64,000 nucleotides of DNA from Gemmatimonadota bacterium (GTDB lineage: Bacteria > Gemmatimonadota > Gemmatimonadetes > Palauibacterales > Palauibacteraceae): contig OY762926.1 in NCBI GenBank assembly GCA_963666735.1, forward strand, positions 2,432,001 through 2,496,000. Reading direction: 5' to 3'. The notes under the pieces were generated by a model, which saw only the letters and a list, made by a program, of their open reading frames with translations, searched no databases and was not told where the DNA came from. Shown in pieces: positions 1 through 10,547 of this stretch. Each line of letters opens with the position of its first letter. Position 1 is the stretch's first letter. Position numbers and translations under genes: made by a program.

Positions 1-348
1 GAGGAATGGATAGCTCAGCAAGTCCGGCGCGGACGGCAAGTCTACATACCTCCAGTGCGACTACCGGCGGTTACGGGCTTCGCGGGGGGACCCGAGGGGA
101 CGATCTGGGTGAGGGCGGCGAGACCGGTCGAACTGATGACCTCACACGTCCTCTACGCACGTCCTCCCGTGCGCGAGTTCTGGTCACGGAATTGGGAGGT
201 CTTCTCCGCCGACGGTCGGCTCCTGGGTACTGTTGTGCTGCCCCCGAGATTCACTCTTTTCAGGATTCGGGGGGATTACATCTACGGCGTGGAAGAGGAC
301 GATTTCGATGTTCAGCGTGTTGTACGCTTACGGCTCCAGACTCACTGA
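1..348 (+). CDS. C-terminal part of 6-bladed beta-propeller protein (truncated by window start)
   Basis: Frame open from base 1 to TGA at 348; ends ...WEVFSADGRLLGTVVLPPRF...IYGVEEDDFDVQRVVRLRL, a typical propeller C-terminus. Confidence 0.7.
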   Translation, partial: EEWIAQQVRRGRQVYIPPVRLPAVTGFAGGPEGTIWVRAARPVELMTSHVLYARPPVREFWSRNWEVFSADGRLLGTVVLPPRFTLFRIRGDYIYGVEEDDFDVQRVVRLRLQTH

Positions 349-1410
349 CTCGCGAAGATTGCGACCGGTGCTTCTCACCATCACGAGCCATGAGCAGGCG
401 CAAGCCCACAACGGCTTGGTCGATACCGGCATGGATGAAGATGACCGGAGGTCGGGCTGGACGTACTCGCGAACGCGAGTTGCCTTCACCCGCTGCCGGG
501 CCCAGGCGGTCGCGAATCTCACGAACCACGCGGCACCGGCCGAGCGCAGCAGGCCCCGGGCCTCGCGCTGGGCCGCCGGAGCGGCGGAGGGCGAGAGCGT
601 TCCGGGCAGCAGCAGCGGTCCGGTGTACGTTCGGCAGCGATAGAGATCGCCCTTGAAGAAGGCGCATTGCGCCTGGTTCAGGAGCGCGCAGGCCTCGTCC
701 GCCTCCGAACTCTCGAGCACCTCGTCCAGCTCCCGGCAACTGCGCAGACGTTCGAGGGCGGCATCGAAGTCGCCGAGTTCGAGCAGGACCGCGCCGTGGT
801 TGTTGAGGCTGGCCGATCCGTACCGGTTTTCCTCCGGTGGTCCGGCGGCGGCCGGAACAGCCAGGGCGTCCCGGAGACGGGGCCCGCGCATCGCGGACCC
901 AGAACTCGGCGGCCGCGCTGGTCCTGCCGCCCTCATAGCCCAGAAGGACGAGGCGGCGGCGGCACTTCTCGAGCAACAGCCTTGCCTCGCTCCGGGTCCC
1001 CCGCCGGGCGAATTCGCCGAAGACGAGTCGAAAGGCGCGGCACCATGTGCCTGCGAAGAGGACGTCTTCGGGGGAGAGGGAGAGCAGCATCCGGCGGAGG
1101 GTCTCGAACGCCGCCGCGCGGCGGGGCCCGGATTCGTTCCCACCGCCCGGAGGACCTGGAGCTGCAGCGCGACCGCGTGGCGTAGCGGATCCTCGGTAGC
1201 GTGCTCGCGTGCCTCCTCCAGCCAGCGATACTGAAGGTCGCGCGCAAAGGCGTCTCCAGAGGCGGTCGCGGCCCTCGCCAACGCGAGGTGGACCCGGCCC
1301 AGGTCGCTCCCGGCTTCGACGATGGCCGCGATCTGGTGGCGCACGGCGGTCGCCCGGCGATGGCGTCCCCGCTGCAGTTCGGCGTCGGCGAGCAGGAGGC
1401 CGGAGCGCAA
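328..1410 (-). pseudogene. Degenerate TPR-like protein, apparently with several frameshifts
   Basis: TPR-like segment SLNNHGAVLLELGDFDAALERLR...ALLNQAQCAFFKGD; protein-like stretches alternate between ORFs 328..1410 and 260..1090. Confidence 0.4.
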
Positions 1411-1471
1411 GCGGCCCGCGACACAGGTGGCGTGCTCGGGGGAGTGGAAGGCCAGCCGTTGGCTACTTCGT

Positions 1472-2448
1472 CTAGATCACGACGGCGCCGCAGCGGGAAT
1501 CGGAGCCGGAGAACTCGGCCGGGAGTCCCGCCGCCCCCACGTAGACCTCCAGCCCGGCGTTCTTCGCTTCCGCGACCATGTGCGTGATGCGGAGGGGTGC
1601 CCAGCGCTCGATGTCCGCCGCCGTGAAGTACGTGCCGTTACCGGTCAAGTCCCCCCAGTACTTGCGTTCGTAGAAGCCGTTGACCTCCAGGCGGCGCGGT
1701 CTCGTCGCGGTCGCGACCAGCGGCTCCAACTCCACGGGGTCCGGCGACAGGCCGATGTCGACCTCTGTGGTGAGGCCTCGTGTCACGGTGACCGGGTACG
1801 TCAGCGCAGCGTATCCGAGGTGCCGCACCGAGAGTTCGTGCGCGCCGACGGGGAGCCCACTGAGGGCAAAGCGGCCCCGTCGGTCGCTGGCGACCACCTC
1901 CGGGCGACCCGTGATGGAGACCGCTGCCGTGGCGACGGGCTGATCGGTCCGTGCATCTCGAACCTGGCCTGCGAGCCGCCCGGTTCTCGTCTCTCCGAAC
2001 AGGAGCCGGAGTTGGACCTCGTGCGCCACGCCGGGTTCGAACGTGACGACCGCCTCCTCGCTCGATGCGTCGCCGACTCGGCCCACAGAGTGGCCTGCCT
2101 GGCGTCTCCGGGGACACGGAGGAAGAAGCGCCCATCTGAATCGGCGGCTTCGCGCACGGGTCTTCGAACCGCGTCCGCCCAACGCAAGACGACCGTGGCG
2201 CGGGGGACCCGAATAAGCTCGGGCTCGTCGCTGACCGTGACGACAAGCGCGGCTCGGTCACCGCAGTCCTCCGCCTCCTGTTGCACAACTTGCGAAGAGA
2301 CGGCGGAATCCGCGCCGATCGCGAGCGCCAGGGCGGTCGATGCCGCCATCGGCAACGAGCGCGCTACCGACCGTCGCAGGCCCCGGGAATGGCGTGACGG
2401 ACAGCTTCGCCGTTCGTCGTGAATGGGCATTCCTGCCTCCTGTCGCAC
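1472..2448 (-). pseudogene. Carboxypeptidase-regulatory-like domain / TonB-plug-like protein, frameshifted
   Basis: N-half in ORF 1801..2448 (...QATLWAE), C-half in 1472..2182 (GDASSEEA...GRFALSGLPVGAHELSVRHLGY...GFYER...CGAVVI); 1-nt shift near 2079; the end reads GAVVI-TAG-ACG-AAG-TAG where WTK would be expected. Confidence 0.65.
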
Positions 2449-2503
2449 TCGTACTCGCTCATACGTCCATACGCCACGAAGCGGCGAGAGTTCACGGGAA
2501 GGG

Positions 2504-2809
2504 CTACAGGGGGGGCTGGATTTCGTCCGGAGCCGCGAGACCCTCGTGGATCGCCTCCTCGATCTCGTCGAGCATGTCCGGCCACTCGAGCGCGGGGTTC
2601 TTCGTCACGGTGATGAAGTTCTCGACGATGAGCAGGGCGCGAACCCCGTCCACCTCGAACAGGCGGGCGGCCAACGGGTCCCCGGCGGCGGATTCGGGGT
2701 CAAAATAGCTTCGGCTCCCCTCGCCCGGAATGTCGCGGTCGAGCACGAACTTCGCCGCGTGCGGATTCGGGGTTCCCTCGACGGTGATCTGGATGCCGGG
2801 GTCTGTCAT
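2504..2809 (-). CDS. NifU N-terminal (Nfu_N) domain protein
   Basis: TPNPHAAKF...PLAARLFEVDGV...FITVTK...W motif; ATG at 2809. Confidence 0.85.
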   Translation of the reverse strand: MTDPGIQITVEGTPNPHAAKFVLDRDIPGEGSRSYFDPESAAGDPLAARLFEVDGVRALLIVENFITVTKNPALEWPDMLDEIEEAIHEGLAAPDEIQPPL

Positions 2810-2943
2810 CGGGTCCGGAGTTGGTGGCGGTGGATGCGATCCGTTTGAGTATCGGCAGGCTGGGCTTGCTCGCAAGGCCTCCTTGCCCGGACATCCTCCC
2901 GCGGGCACGATGCGAACGCGGACCCACCGACCCTGGATGATCC

Positions 2944-5751
2944 ATGATCGCTCACAGGCAACGCGGACTCGGCGCCGTCCTTCCGGTGGCGGCGCTGGCG
3001 GGCCTCGCGGGGGCCACCGCGGCGGCGGCGCAATCGGGCCCCGCCGGGCGGGCGCCGGATCGCGTCCTCGCCTTCCCCGCCCCGGTCGGAGAGGAACGGC
3101 TGGACGTGGACCGCGGAGCCGTGGGGGCCTGGCACCGGATCCGCAAGCTCGCCACGACGGCCAGCCTGCTCCACGTCACCGCCCACCCGGACGACGAGCA
3201 CGCCGGCATGCTCGCCCTGGCCAGCCGGGGGTGGGGCGCCCGGACGGCGCTGCTCAGCCTCAACCGCGGCGAGGCCGGCGCGAACGCGATCGGCCCGGAA
3301 CTCTTCGACGCCCTCGGCCTCATCCGGACCCGCGAACTCGTCCTTTCCGGCCGCTACTACGGTCTGGACGACCTCTACTTCACGACGGCGGTCGACTACG
3401 GCTACTCGAAGTCGGTGGACGAAGCCTTTCGGAGCTGGGACCGCGAGGCGGTGCTCGAGGACATGGTCCGCGTCATCCGCATCAACCGCCCGCTCGTCGT
3501 CGTGAGCCGCTTCCACGGATCGACGCGAGACGGGCACGGCCACCACCACGCGGCGGGGCTGCTCACGCCGGAAGCCGTGGCCGCGGCCGCGGACCCGACG
3601 CGCTTTCCGCACCAGATCACGGAAGAGGGGCTCCGGCCCTGGCGGGTCCTCCGCACGTTTCGGGGAGGGGTTCGAATCGGCGAGCCCTACGATGTGGAGG
3701 TGGATGCGTCCGGGATGAGCCCGTGGCTCGGTGACACCTGGCAACGCTGGGCCAGCCGGGGTCTCGGCCTGCAGCGCTCCCAGACGGCGGGGCGCGTGCG
3801 AACGGGCGGCGGCCGCTATCTCTACGAGCACCTCGACGGAACCGGCGGCGGGGCCGCGGCGACGGCCGAGACCGGGGATTCGTTCTTCGCGGGGCTCGAC
3901 ACGACGCTGAGGGGGCTCCCGGCGCTCCTGGCCGAAGCGGCCTCTCCGGAGGCGGATTCGCTGCTCGCCGAACTGGACGGCCTCGTCGGCGCCGTGGCGG
4001 CGGCCTTCGACTTCCGGGACCCGGAGCGCGCCGTTGCCGACATGGCTCGCGGGCTGGGATGGATCCGGGCGGCGATCGCCGCGCTGCCGGACGCTCCGGA
4101 GACCCGGTTTCACCTCTCGCTGAAGGAACGGCAGTTCGAGGACGCCCTTCTGGCGGCGAGCGGAACCACCGTGTCCGCGGAACTTGCGGGCGGCCCGGCC
4201 GGCAGTGGCCCGGCCGGCAGCGGCGAGGCCGTCCTGACGCCGGGCCAGCGCGCCGCGATCCGCCTTCGGATCGAGCCGCCGGAATCCGTGGAGGGCGCCG
4301 GGGTCGCGGCCCGGATCGTGAGCCGCGGCGAGGTTTTGACGCCGTCGAACCGCGTCGCCCTCCAGCCGGATGGCTCGACGGAGCCGCTCGAGGTGCGGGT
4401 TCCGGCTACGCCCGCCGCACCGTACTTCGGGCGCGGGGACGTGTCGGAGAACCACTACCAGGTGTCCGACTCGGCGGACCTTCACCTCCCGTGGCGGCGG
4501 CCGGCGCTGGCGGCGGAGCTCGAACTCGCCATCGGGGAACACGTCATGGCGCGCACGGTGCCGGTGACGGCCCCCGTCTCGCGTCTTCCCTACGGCTCCG
4601 TGACGCGGACGGTGGAGACGCTGCCCGCCCTCTCCGTTTCCCTGGCGCCGGGCGTGGGCATCGTCCCCGTCGAGGCCGCGGGTAGCGGCAGCGGCTCGCC
4701 CGGGGAACCGGCCGCGACGCCGCTGGAAGTGCGAGCGCGGGTCGTGGCGAACGCGGCGCCGCTCTCCGCCACCGTGCGCCTCGAGTTGCCGGAGGGGTGG
4801 AGCCTGATTTCCGGCGCTCCCGGCACTCCCGGCACTCCTGGCACGGTCGAGCACGAGTTCCGCAGTCCGGGCGAGACCATGGACGCGGCGTTCCTCATCG
4901 CGCCTCCAGCCGGCTGGCGAGGCGAAGCGGAGATCGCGGCCGTGGCCCGCGCGCTGGGAGTGGACTATCGCCGAGGGTACCGGACCATCGAGCACCGGGA
5001 CCTGCCGCTCGCGCGGCTGTGGCGCCCCGCGCGGTCCACGGTGCGGTCCGTGGGCGTCGCCCGGCTCGACGGCGTCCGGGTCGGCTACGTGATGGGGGTC
5101 GGCGATGAAGTCCCGGCCGGGATCGAGGCGCTCGGCGCCACGGTCGAACTCCTGGACGAAGCCGCTCTCGCGGAGCTGGATCCGGCCGTCGGCACGGGTT
5201 CCGGCGGGGAGGCGGGGTTCCACGCGATCGTCGTGGGCACCCGCGCCTACGCCGTGCGCGAAGACCTCGTCGAGCACAACCAGCGTCTCCTGGAGTACGC
5301 CCGCCGGGGCGGGCACCTCGTCGTCCTCTACCAGACTCAGGAGTACGTGCCCTCCGAGATGGCGCCGTATCCGGCTTCCCTCCCGCGGGGAGCGGAAGAA
5401 GTGTCGGAGGAGGACGCGCCCGTCCGCCTGCTCCGGCCCGGCCACCCGTTGATGGCGGCGCCCAACCGCATCGCCGAAACCGATTTCGACGGGTGGATCG
5501 AGCAGCGCGGCTCCAAGTTCTTCTCCGCCTGGGATCCGGCCTACACGCCGCTCGTGGAGACGCACGACACGGGCCAGGCTCCGCAGGAAGGCGTGTGGCT
5601 CACGGCCCCCGTGGGCGAGGGGCGCTACACCTATCTCGCGCTCGCCCTCCACCGGCAGTTGCCGTACGGCGTGCCTGGCAGCTACCGCATCCTCTCCAAC
5701 GTCCTCACGCCTCGCGCGGCATCGACGCCCGCGCCCGATGGGGACCGCTGA
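2944..5751 (+). CDS. Secreted PIG-L/LmbE-family deacetylase with Ig-like and C-terminal glutamine-amidotransferase-like domains
   Basis: Signal-peptide-like N-terminus; AHPDDE zinc motif, RTRE, DYGYSK, HGHH; C-terminal VGYVMGVGD...VVGTRAY...LHRQLP. Confidence 0.9.
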   Translation: MIAHRQRGLGAVLPVAALAGLAGATAAAAQSGPAGRAPDRVLAFPAPVGEERLDVDRGAVGAWHRIRKLATTASLLHVTAHPDDEHAGMLALASRGWGARTALLSLNRGEAGANAIGPELFDALGLIRTRELVLSGRYYGLDDLYFTTAVDYGYSKSVDEAFRSWDREAVLEDMVRVIRINRPLVVVSRFHGSTRDGHGHHHAAGLLTPEAVAAAADPTRFPHQITEEGLRPWRVLRTFRGGVRIGEPYDVEVDASGMSPWLGDTWQRWASRGLGLQRSQTAGRVRTGGGRYLYEHLDGTGGGAAATAETGDSFFAGLDTTLRGLPALLAEAASPEADSLLAELDGLVGAVAAAFDFRDPERAVADMARGLGWIRAAIAALPDAPETRFHLSLKERQFEDALLAASGTTVSAELAGGPAGSGPAGSGEAVLTPGQRAAIRLRIEPPESVEGAGVAARIVSRGEVLTPSNRVALQPDGSTEPLEVRVPATPAAPYFGRGDVSENHYQVSDSADLHLPWRRPALAAELELAIGEHVMARTVPVTAPVSRLPYGSVTRTVETLPALSVSLAPGVGIVPVEAAGSGSGSPGEPAATPLEVRARVVANAAPLSATVRLELPEGWSLISGAPGTPGTPGTVEHEFRSPGETMDAAFLIAPPAGWRGEAEIAAVARALGVDYRRGYRTIEHRDLPLARLWRPARSTVRSVGVARLDGVRVGYVMGVGDEVPAGIEALGATVELLDEAALAELDPAVGTGSGGEAGFHAIVVGTRAYAVREDLVEHNQRLLEYARRGGHLVVLYQTQEYVPSEMAPYPASLPRGAEEVSEEDAPVRLLRPGHPLMAAPNRIAETDFDGWIEQRGSKFFSAWDPAYTPLVETHDTGQAPQEGVWLTAPVGEGRYTYLALALHRQLPYGVPGSYRILSNVLTPRAASTPAPDGDR

Positions 5752-5754
5752 CGG

Positions 5755-7566
5755 GTGGCGCTGACCACGCTCGACTGGATCGTCGTCTGCGTGTACGGCG
5801 CGATCGTCCTCGCCATCGGGTTCGGCTTCGCCAGGCGGGCGAGCGGCAGCATCGAGGATTACTTCATCGCCGGCCGCTCGCTTCCCTGGTGGCTCGCCGG
5901 CACGTCCATCGCGGCCACGTGGTTCGCGACGGACGCCCCGCTCGCGACGGCCGCCCTCGTGCGCCGTCAGGGCGTGTACGGCAACTGGCTGTGGTGGTAC
6001 GAGGCGGCGGGGATCCTCATGCTCACCTTCTTCTACGCGCGCCTGTGGCGGCGGGCGGGCGTCCTCACGGACGCGGAGGTCATCGAGATCCGCTACGGCG
6101 GCGCCCCGGCCCGCGCCCTGCGCTGCTTTTCCGCGGTGTACCAGGGACTCCTCAAGAACGCCGTCGTCATGGGCTGGGTCATGCTGGCGATGGTGAAGTT
6201 CAGCCAGGTGCTCCTGGGGTGGGACCCCGCGCTGACCCTGACTGTCTGCATCGGACTCGCGCTGGCCTACACGGTCGCGTCGGGACTTTGGGGCGTCGTC
6301 GTGACCGACCTCCTCCAGTTCGTCGCCGGCATGCTCGGGGCGATGACCCTGGCCGGGATCGTGCTCACGCGCTTCGGCGGCCCGGCGGCGATGGCCGAGG
6401 CCGTGCGCAACGTTCCGGAGGCGCCGCCGGGCGCCCTCGATCTCGTGCCGTCGGCCGCGACCGCGTCCTCGCTCGAGATCGTCTCCTTCCTGTGCCTCAT
6501 CGGCGTCCTCTGGCTGAGAAGCGGACAGGGCGACGGCTACGTGGCCCAGCGCCTGTTCGCCACGCGGGACGAGCGGCAGGCCGTGAAGGCCTCGCTGTGG
6601 TTCGCCTTCGCGGGAACGGTGCTCCTCACCTGGCCCTGGATCGTGGTGGGACTCGGGTCGCTCCTCGTCTTCCCGCCGGGGACGATGGAGCCGGCGCTCG
6701 CCGCCGACCCCGAACTCGCCTATCCGATGATGATCCGGGAACTCATGCCGGCCGGGCTCAGGGGGCTGATGGTCGCCACCTTCCTGGCCGCGTTCATGAG
6801 CACGATGGACACGCACCTGTGCTGGGGGGCGTCGTACATGGTGAACGACGTCTACCGCCGCTTTCTGAGGAAGGACCGCTCCGAGCGGCACTACGTCGCG
6901 GCGTCGCGGATCATGGTCGTGCTGCTCGCGGTGGTCGCCGCGGGCGTGGCGTGGCAGATGGATTCGATCCAGCGAGGGTGGATCTACATCATCGAACTCA
7001 CGGCGGGGGTCGCGCTCGTCTGGCTCCTGCGCTGGTACTGGTGGCGGGTGAACGCGTGGGCCGAGATCGCCGCCATGGCCGGTTCGGTGCTCCTGGCCAA
7101 CGGGCGCCTCCTGCTCGGCGCGCTCGAGCCGGTCCTTCCCGCTGCGGCGATCCGCGCCGTCGACGGCTTCTACGCGCCGGAGATGGACCTCATCCGGGGG
7201 GTGATCATCCTCGTCGCGTGCACCGCGCTCTGGCTGGGCGTCGTGCTTGCCACCCGGCCCGAGTCGGACGAAGTGCTGGACCGCTTCTACCGGCGGGTGC
7301 ACCCGGGCGGCTGGTGGGACCGTGTCGCGGAGCGCACCGGCGTCCGCTCCTCCGACCCGCCCGCGAGCCGCATGTGGCCGGGCTTCCTGCTCGGCGCGCT
7401 CTTCGTCTACGCCAGCCTCCTCGGCATCGGACACCTGCTCACGGGCCGGGCCGGCACGGGCTCGCTCCTGCTCGTCGTGTCGCTGGCGGCGGGCGCCATC
7501 ACCGTCCGGATCGCGCACGCCGACACACCCGCAGCGCCCCCGGGGGCCTCGGGGACGTCACCGTGA
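5755..7566 (+). CDS. Sodium:solute symporter (SSS family)
   Basis: DYFIAGRSLPWW, VVVTD, QRLFA, AAFMSTMDT motifs; many TM segments. Confidence 0.92.
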   Translation: MALTTLDWIVVCVYGAIVLAIGFGFARRASGSIEDYFIAGRSLPWWLAGTSIAATWFATDAPLATAALVRRQGVYGNWLWWYEAAGILMLTFFYARLWRRAGVLTDAEVIEIRYGGAPARALRCFSAVYQGLLKNAVVMGWVMLAMVKFSQVLLGWDPALTLTVCIGLALAYTVASGLWGVVVTDLLQFVAGMLGAMTLAGIVLTRFGGPAAMAEAVRNVPEAPPGALDLVPSAATASSLEIVSFLCLIGVLWLRSGQGDGYVAQRLFATRDERQAVKASLWFAFAGTVLLTWPWIVVGLGSLLVFPPGTMEPALAADPELAYPMMIRELMPAGLRGLMVATFLAAFMSTMDTHLCWGASYMVNDVYRRFLRKDRSERHYVAASRIMVVLLAVVAAGVAWQMDSIQRGWIYIIELTAGVALVWLLRWYWWRVNAWAEIAAMAGSVLLANGRLLLGALEPVLPAAAIRAVDGFYAPEMDLIRGVIILVACTALWLGVVLATRPESDEVLDRFYRRVHPGGWWDRVAERTGVRSSDPPASRMWPGFLLGALFVYASLLGIGHLLTGRAGTGSLLLVVSLAAGAITVRIAHADTPAAPPGASGTSP

Positions 7567-8957
7567 ACGACGACCTCAGGATCGTCCTCGCCGGGGCCGG
7601 CAGCCGCGAGTTCGGCCCCGCCTCGATCCGCGATCTGCTCCTCAGCGATCCGCTCTGCGATCGGGCATTGAGCCTGGTTCTCGTCGACATCGACCCCTCG
7701 GAACTTCCCCGCACCCGGGCGTACGCGGAGGCGGTCGCGGAGCGCCTGGGCCGGCGTGTCGCCGTGTCCGCGACGACGGATCTCGAGTCCGCACTCCCGG
7801 GCGCCCGCGCGGTGGTCCTCGCCATCGAAATCAACCGTTACTTCTACTGGGCCCAGGATTTCCACATCCCCCGCATGTTCGGCTCCTCCCAGATCTACGG
7901 AGAAAACGGAGGGCCGGGCGGCCTCTTCCACGCCCTCCGCAACATGGGTCCCGCCGTCGAGTTGGCGCGGGCCATGGAGGTCCACTGCCCCGAGGCGTGG
8001 CTCGTCAACTACACGAACCCGCTCACGAAGCTGTGCGAAGCCCAGACCCGTCTCTCCTCGGTACGCGTCGTCGGCCTCTGCCACGGCGTGTTCCACGGGA
8101 TGGAACAGATGGCGCGCCTCCTGGAACTGCCGGTGGAGCGCCTCGAAGCCCGGGCGAGCGGACTCAACCATTTCAGCTGGTTCGAGTCCGTGCGCGACCG
8201 CGAGACCGGCGAGGATCTCTACCCGAGACTCCGGCGCCGCGAGCGCGAGGCGCACTGGCTCCACGACTGGGACGAGATCGCGCTGAGCCGGATCCTGTTC
8301 CGCGTCTTCGGCCGGTATCCCAGCCCCGGAGCGAACCACATCGGCGAGTACCTGGGCTGGGCGCGGGAATTCCTCGGCAGCAGCCTGCTCCAGTTCTTCT
8401 ACGACCCCGTGCGCGGCGCCCCGTGGGAAGCCGGAGAGACGCCCACCTGGCTCTACAACCTCGGCGAGAATCCGACCGGCGTGCCCGCGTTTCCGGAGTC
8501 TCCGCTTCCCCGCGTGCGGGACGACGGCGACGAGACGGGCCGGAAAGGCGAAGTCGGAGCCGCCGGGGAACTGACGCCGTCCGGCGAGTTGGCGGTCCCG
8601 CTGCTGGAGGGAGTCCTGTGCGGGATCGACACCCGTCTCGACGCGGTGAACGTGCCGAACCAGGGATACGTGCCGGGCCTGCCGGACGGAGCCGTCGTCG
8701 AAGTCCCCGCCCGCGCCGACGCGAGCGGGCTGCATCCCGCCGTCATGGAACCGCTGCCCGAAGGGATCCTCGGACTGCTCCGGACCCAGACGTCGATCAA
8801 CCGCCTCCTCGTTGACGCCTTCGCCGACGGCTCCCGTCGGACGCTGCTGCAGGCGCTCCTTCTCGACCCGACGACGACTTCCTACCGCACCGCGGTCCAC
8901 ATCATCAATGAGATGTTCCGGCTCCAGGGGGACGTGCTGCCCGAGATGGAGTGGTGA
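7563..8957 (+). CDS. Glycoside hydrolase family 4 (NAD-dependent alpha-glycosidase-like)
   Basis: GTG start overlapping the upstream stop (GTGA); GAGS Rossmann motif, GENGGPGG, NYTNP, GLCHG, GLNHFSW, VVEVP. Confidence 0.9.
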   Translation: MNDDLRIVLAGAGSREFGPASIRDLLLSDPLCDRALSLVLVDIDPSELPRTRAYAEAVAERLGRRVAVSATTDLESALPGARAVVLAIEINRYFYWAQDFHIPRMFGSSQIYGENGGPGGLFHALRNMGPAVELARAMEVHCPEAWLVNYTNPLTKLCEAQTRLSSVRVVGLCHGVFHGMEQMARLLELPVERLEARASGLNHFSWFESVRDRETGEDLYPRLRRREREAHWLHDWDEIALSRILFRVFGRYPSPGANHIGEYLGWAREFLGSSLLQFFYDPVRGAPWEAGETPTWLYNLGENPTGVPAFPESPLPRVRDDGDETGRKGEVGAAGELTPSGELAVPLLEGVLCGIDTRLDAVNVPNQGYVPGLPDGAVVEVPARADASGLHPAVMEPLPEGILGLLRTQTSINRLLVDAFADGSRRTLLQALLLDPTTTSYRTAVHIINEMFRLQGDVLPEMEW

Positions 8958-9017
8958 CCAACCGAGCAACGGGGTAGCCCGGGGGCGCGTCCACCGCCCT
9001 TCCCATACCCCCGTTGG

Positions 9018-9704
9018 TCAGGCCTTACCGCCGGTCGTCAATTCGTCGCGGTCACGCTCGTAGACGGGGGCCAACCGGACGATGGCGCGCAAAGCGTACC
9101 AACTGCCGGCCATCACCCCTATCAATGGGACCAGCGAGAGAGTGACGATGCCCGCCGGGGTGAGGATTACCGCCGGCCATCCCTCGAGCAACGTCGACAT
9201 CCAGACGAAGGCCATGAGGACGGCTAGAAGGATGGAGAACATGGATCGGACTCTCTGGCCCGAGAACCTGTACTGGAGCGCCACTCCCAGCAGGGACAGC
9301 AGGACCGCGGCGATACCCGCGCTCACCGCGACAATGAACGCTCCGGGAAGGGACATCAGTCCGAAGAGTGGGAGCACGGTCGCGAAGTGGATGACCGCTG
9401 GCATCGCCAAAGTGACGGCGGCCACAAGGCGGCTCGCGGCGTGTTCCCGGCCCGTGACGGGCAGGGAGGCCAGGAAGCGGAGGGAACCATCGATCTTCTC
9501 GCCGGTCATGTTCAGGGCCGCCGCAACGGGCAGCAACACAAGCAACCCGCCGGGCACTCCGACCGTGAAGTCCGGATTCAAAGCACCCGAAAACACGGGC
9601 GGAAGCACCACGACGACACCCATCGCCAATCCGACCTTCCACAGCGGTTTCACGGTCCGGTACACGTGAAGGCGAGAGAGTCTAAGGACGACATTGCGCC
9701 TCAT
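9018..9704 (-). CDS. ABC-2 type transporter permease
   Basis: About 6 hydrophobic segments; EKIDGSLRFLASLPVT motif; overlaps the ABC ATPase stop. Confidence 0.75.
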   Translation of the reverse strand: MRRNVVLRLSRLHVYRTVKPLWKVGLAMGVVVVLPPVFSGALNPDFTVGVPGGLLVLLPVAAALNMTGEKIDGSLRFLASLPVTGREHAASRLVAAVTLAMPAVIHFATVLPLFGLMSLPGAFIVAVSAGIAAVLLSLLGVALQYRFSGQRVRSMFSILLAVLMAFVWMSTLLEGWPAVILTPAGIVTLSLVPLIGVMAGSWYALRAIVRLAPVYERDRDELTTGGKA

Positions 9705-10456
9705 CTCCCCGCCGCTCCCAGCAACATTCGCTTCGCCGTCTCGCGAATGCCGGCGTCGCTCGACACCAGCGCGCCATCCCCCGCCGGATTCAGGGCCCCC
9801 CCCTCCCGCAAGACGAGAAGGCGGGTGAACGGGATTTCGTCCAGGTCCTCGAGTATGTGCGTGGCCAAAACGACCGCAACATCGGGGAATTGCCTCGTGT
9901 AGGACAGAATAAGCTGGAGCGCGTCGTGCCGGGCCACCGGGTCGAGGCCTGCCGTGGGCTCGTCAAACAGGAGGAGCTTGGCTCCCTGGGCCAGGGCCGT
10001 GCAGAGGGAGACCTTCAGGCTCTGTCCGCGCGAGAGCTCCCGCAGGCGGTCGGCCAGCTTGAGATCCAGCTTCTCGGCCATTTCCCGTGCCTTCGCCATG
10101 TCCCAACCGGAGTAGAAGTGGGAGAGGAAGTCGAAGTGCTCGCCCACCCTCATCCATCGGAGCCCCAAGAGCTGGGCCGGAACGATCGCCACCTGCTCGC
10201 GGAGCGCCGGGTCCACCCGACCCCGCTCCCTCCCCAAGATCCATACCCTGCCCGCCGAGATGACGCGGTGGCCGGACAGGATGCCGAGGAGCGTTGTCTT
10301 TCCCGCGCCGTTGGGTCCCACAAGCGCCACAGCGGCGCCGGGGCGAATCCGCATACTGAGTGGACCGAGCCGGAACTTCGGATAGCGAAACTCGACCTCC
10401 CGGAGGTGGACGACACAACGGTCGTCCCGGGTTTCAACGCTCCTCGCTTCGATCAT
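9701..10456 (-). CDS. ABC transporter ATP-binding protein
   Basis: GPNGAGKTT, LSRGQ, LLFDEPTAGLD, ATH; likely start MIEARS at 10456. Confidence 0.92.
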   Translation of the reverse strand: MIEARSVETRDDRCVVHLREVEFRYPKFRLGPLSMRIRPGAAVALVGPNGAGKTTLLGILSGHRVISAGRVWILGRERGRVDPALREQVAIVPAQLLGLRWMRVGEHFDFLSHFYSGWDMAKAREMAEKLDLKLADRLRELSRGQSLKVSLCTALAQGAKLLLFDEPTAGLDPVARHDALQLILSYTRQFPDVAVVLATHILEDLDEIPFTRLLVLREGGALNPAGDGALVSSDAGIRETAKRMLLGAAGR

Positions 10457-10547
10457 CGAAGCAGCTCCCTGTATGTGCCGGGCCTCACCGGGCCTCCGAA
10501 ATTGTCGAGATACGCCCGAGGTCACGACGCCAGCCAAGCGGGCCTCG

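Noticed and set aside
2806..7518. 1570-aa minus-strand ORF and similar long antisense ORFs (e.g. 18623..20974, 14073..16010, 53061..54911)
   Set aside because: Shadow frames of well-supported genes in high-GC DNA; Arg/Gly/Pro-rich with no motifs
5493..7562. Apparent 1154-aa GH4 protein with a long N-terminal extension
   Set aside because: The extension overlaps the symporter in another frame; GH4 starts at GTG 7563
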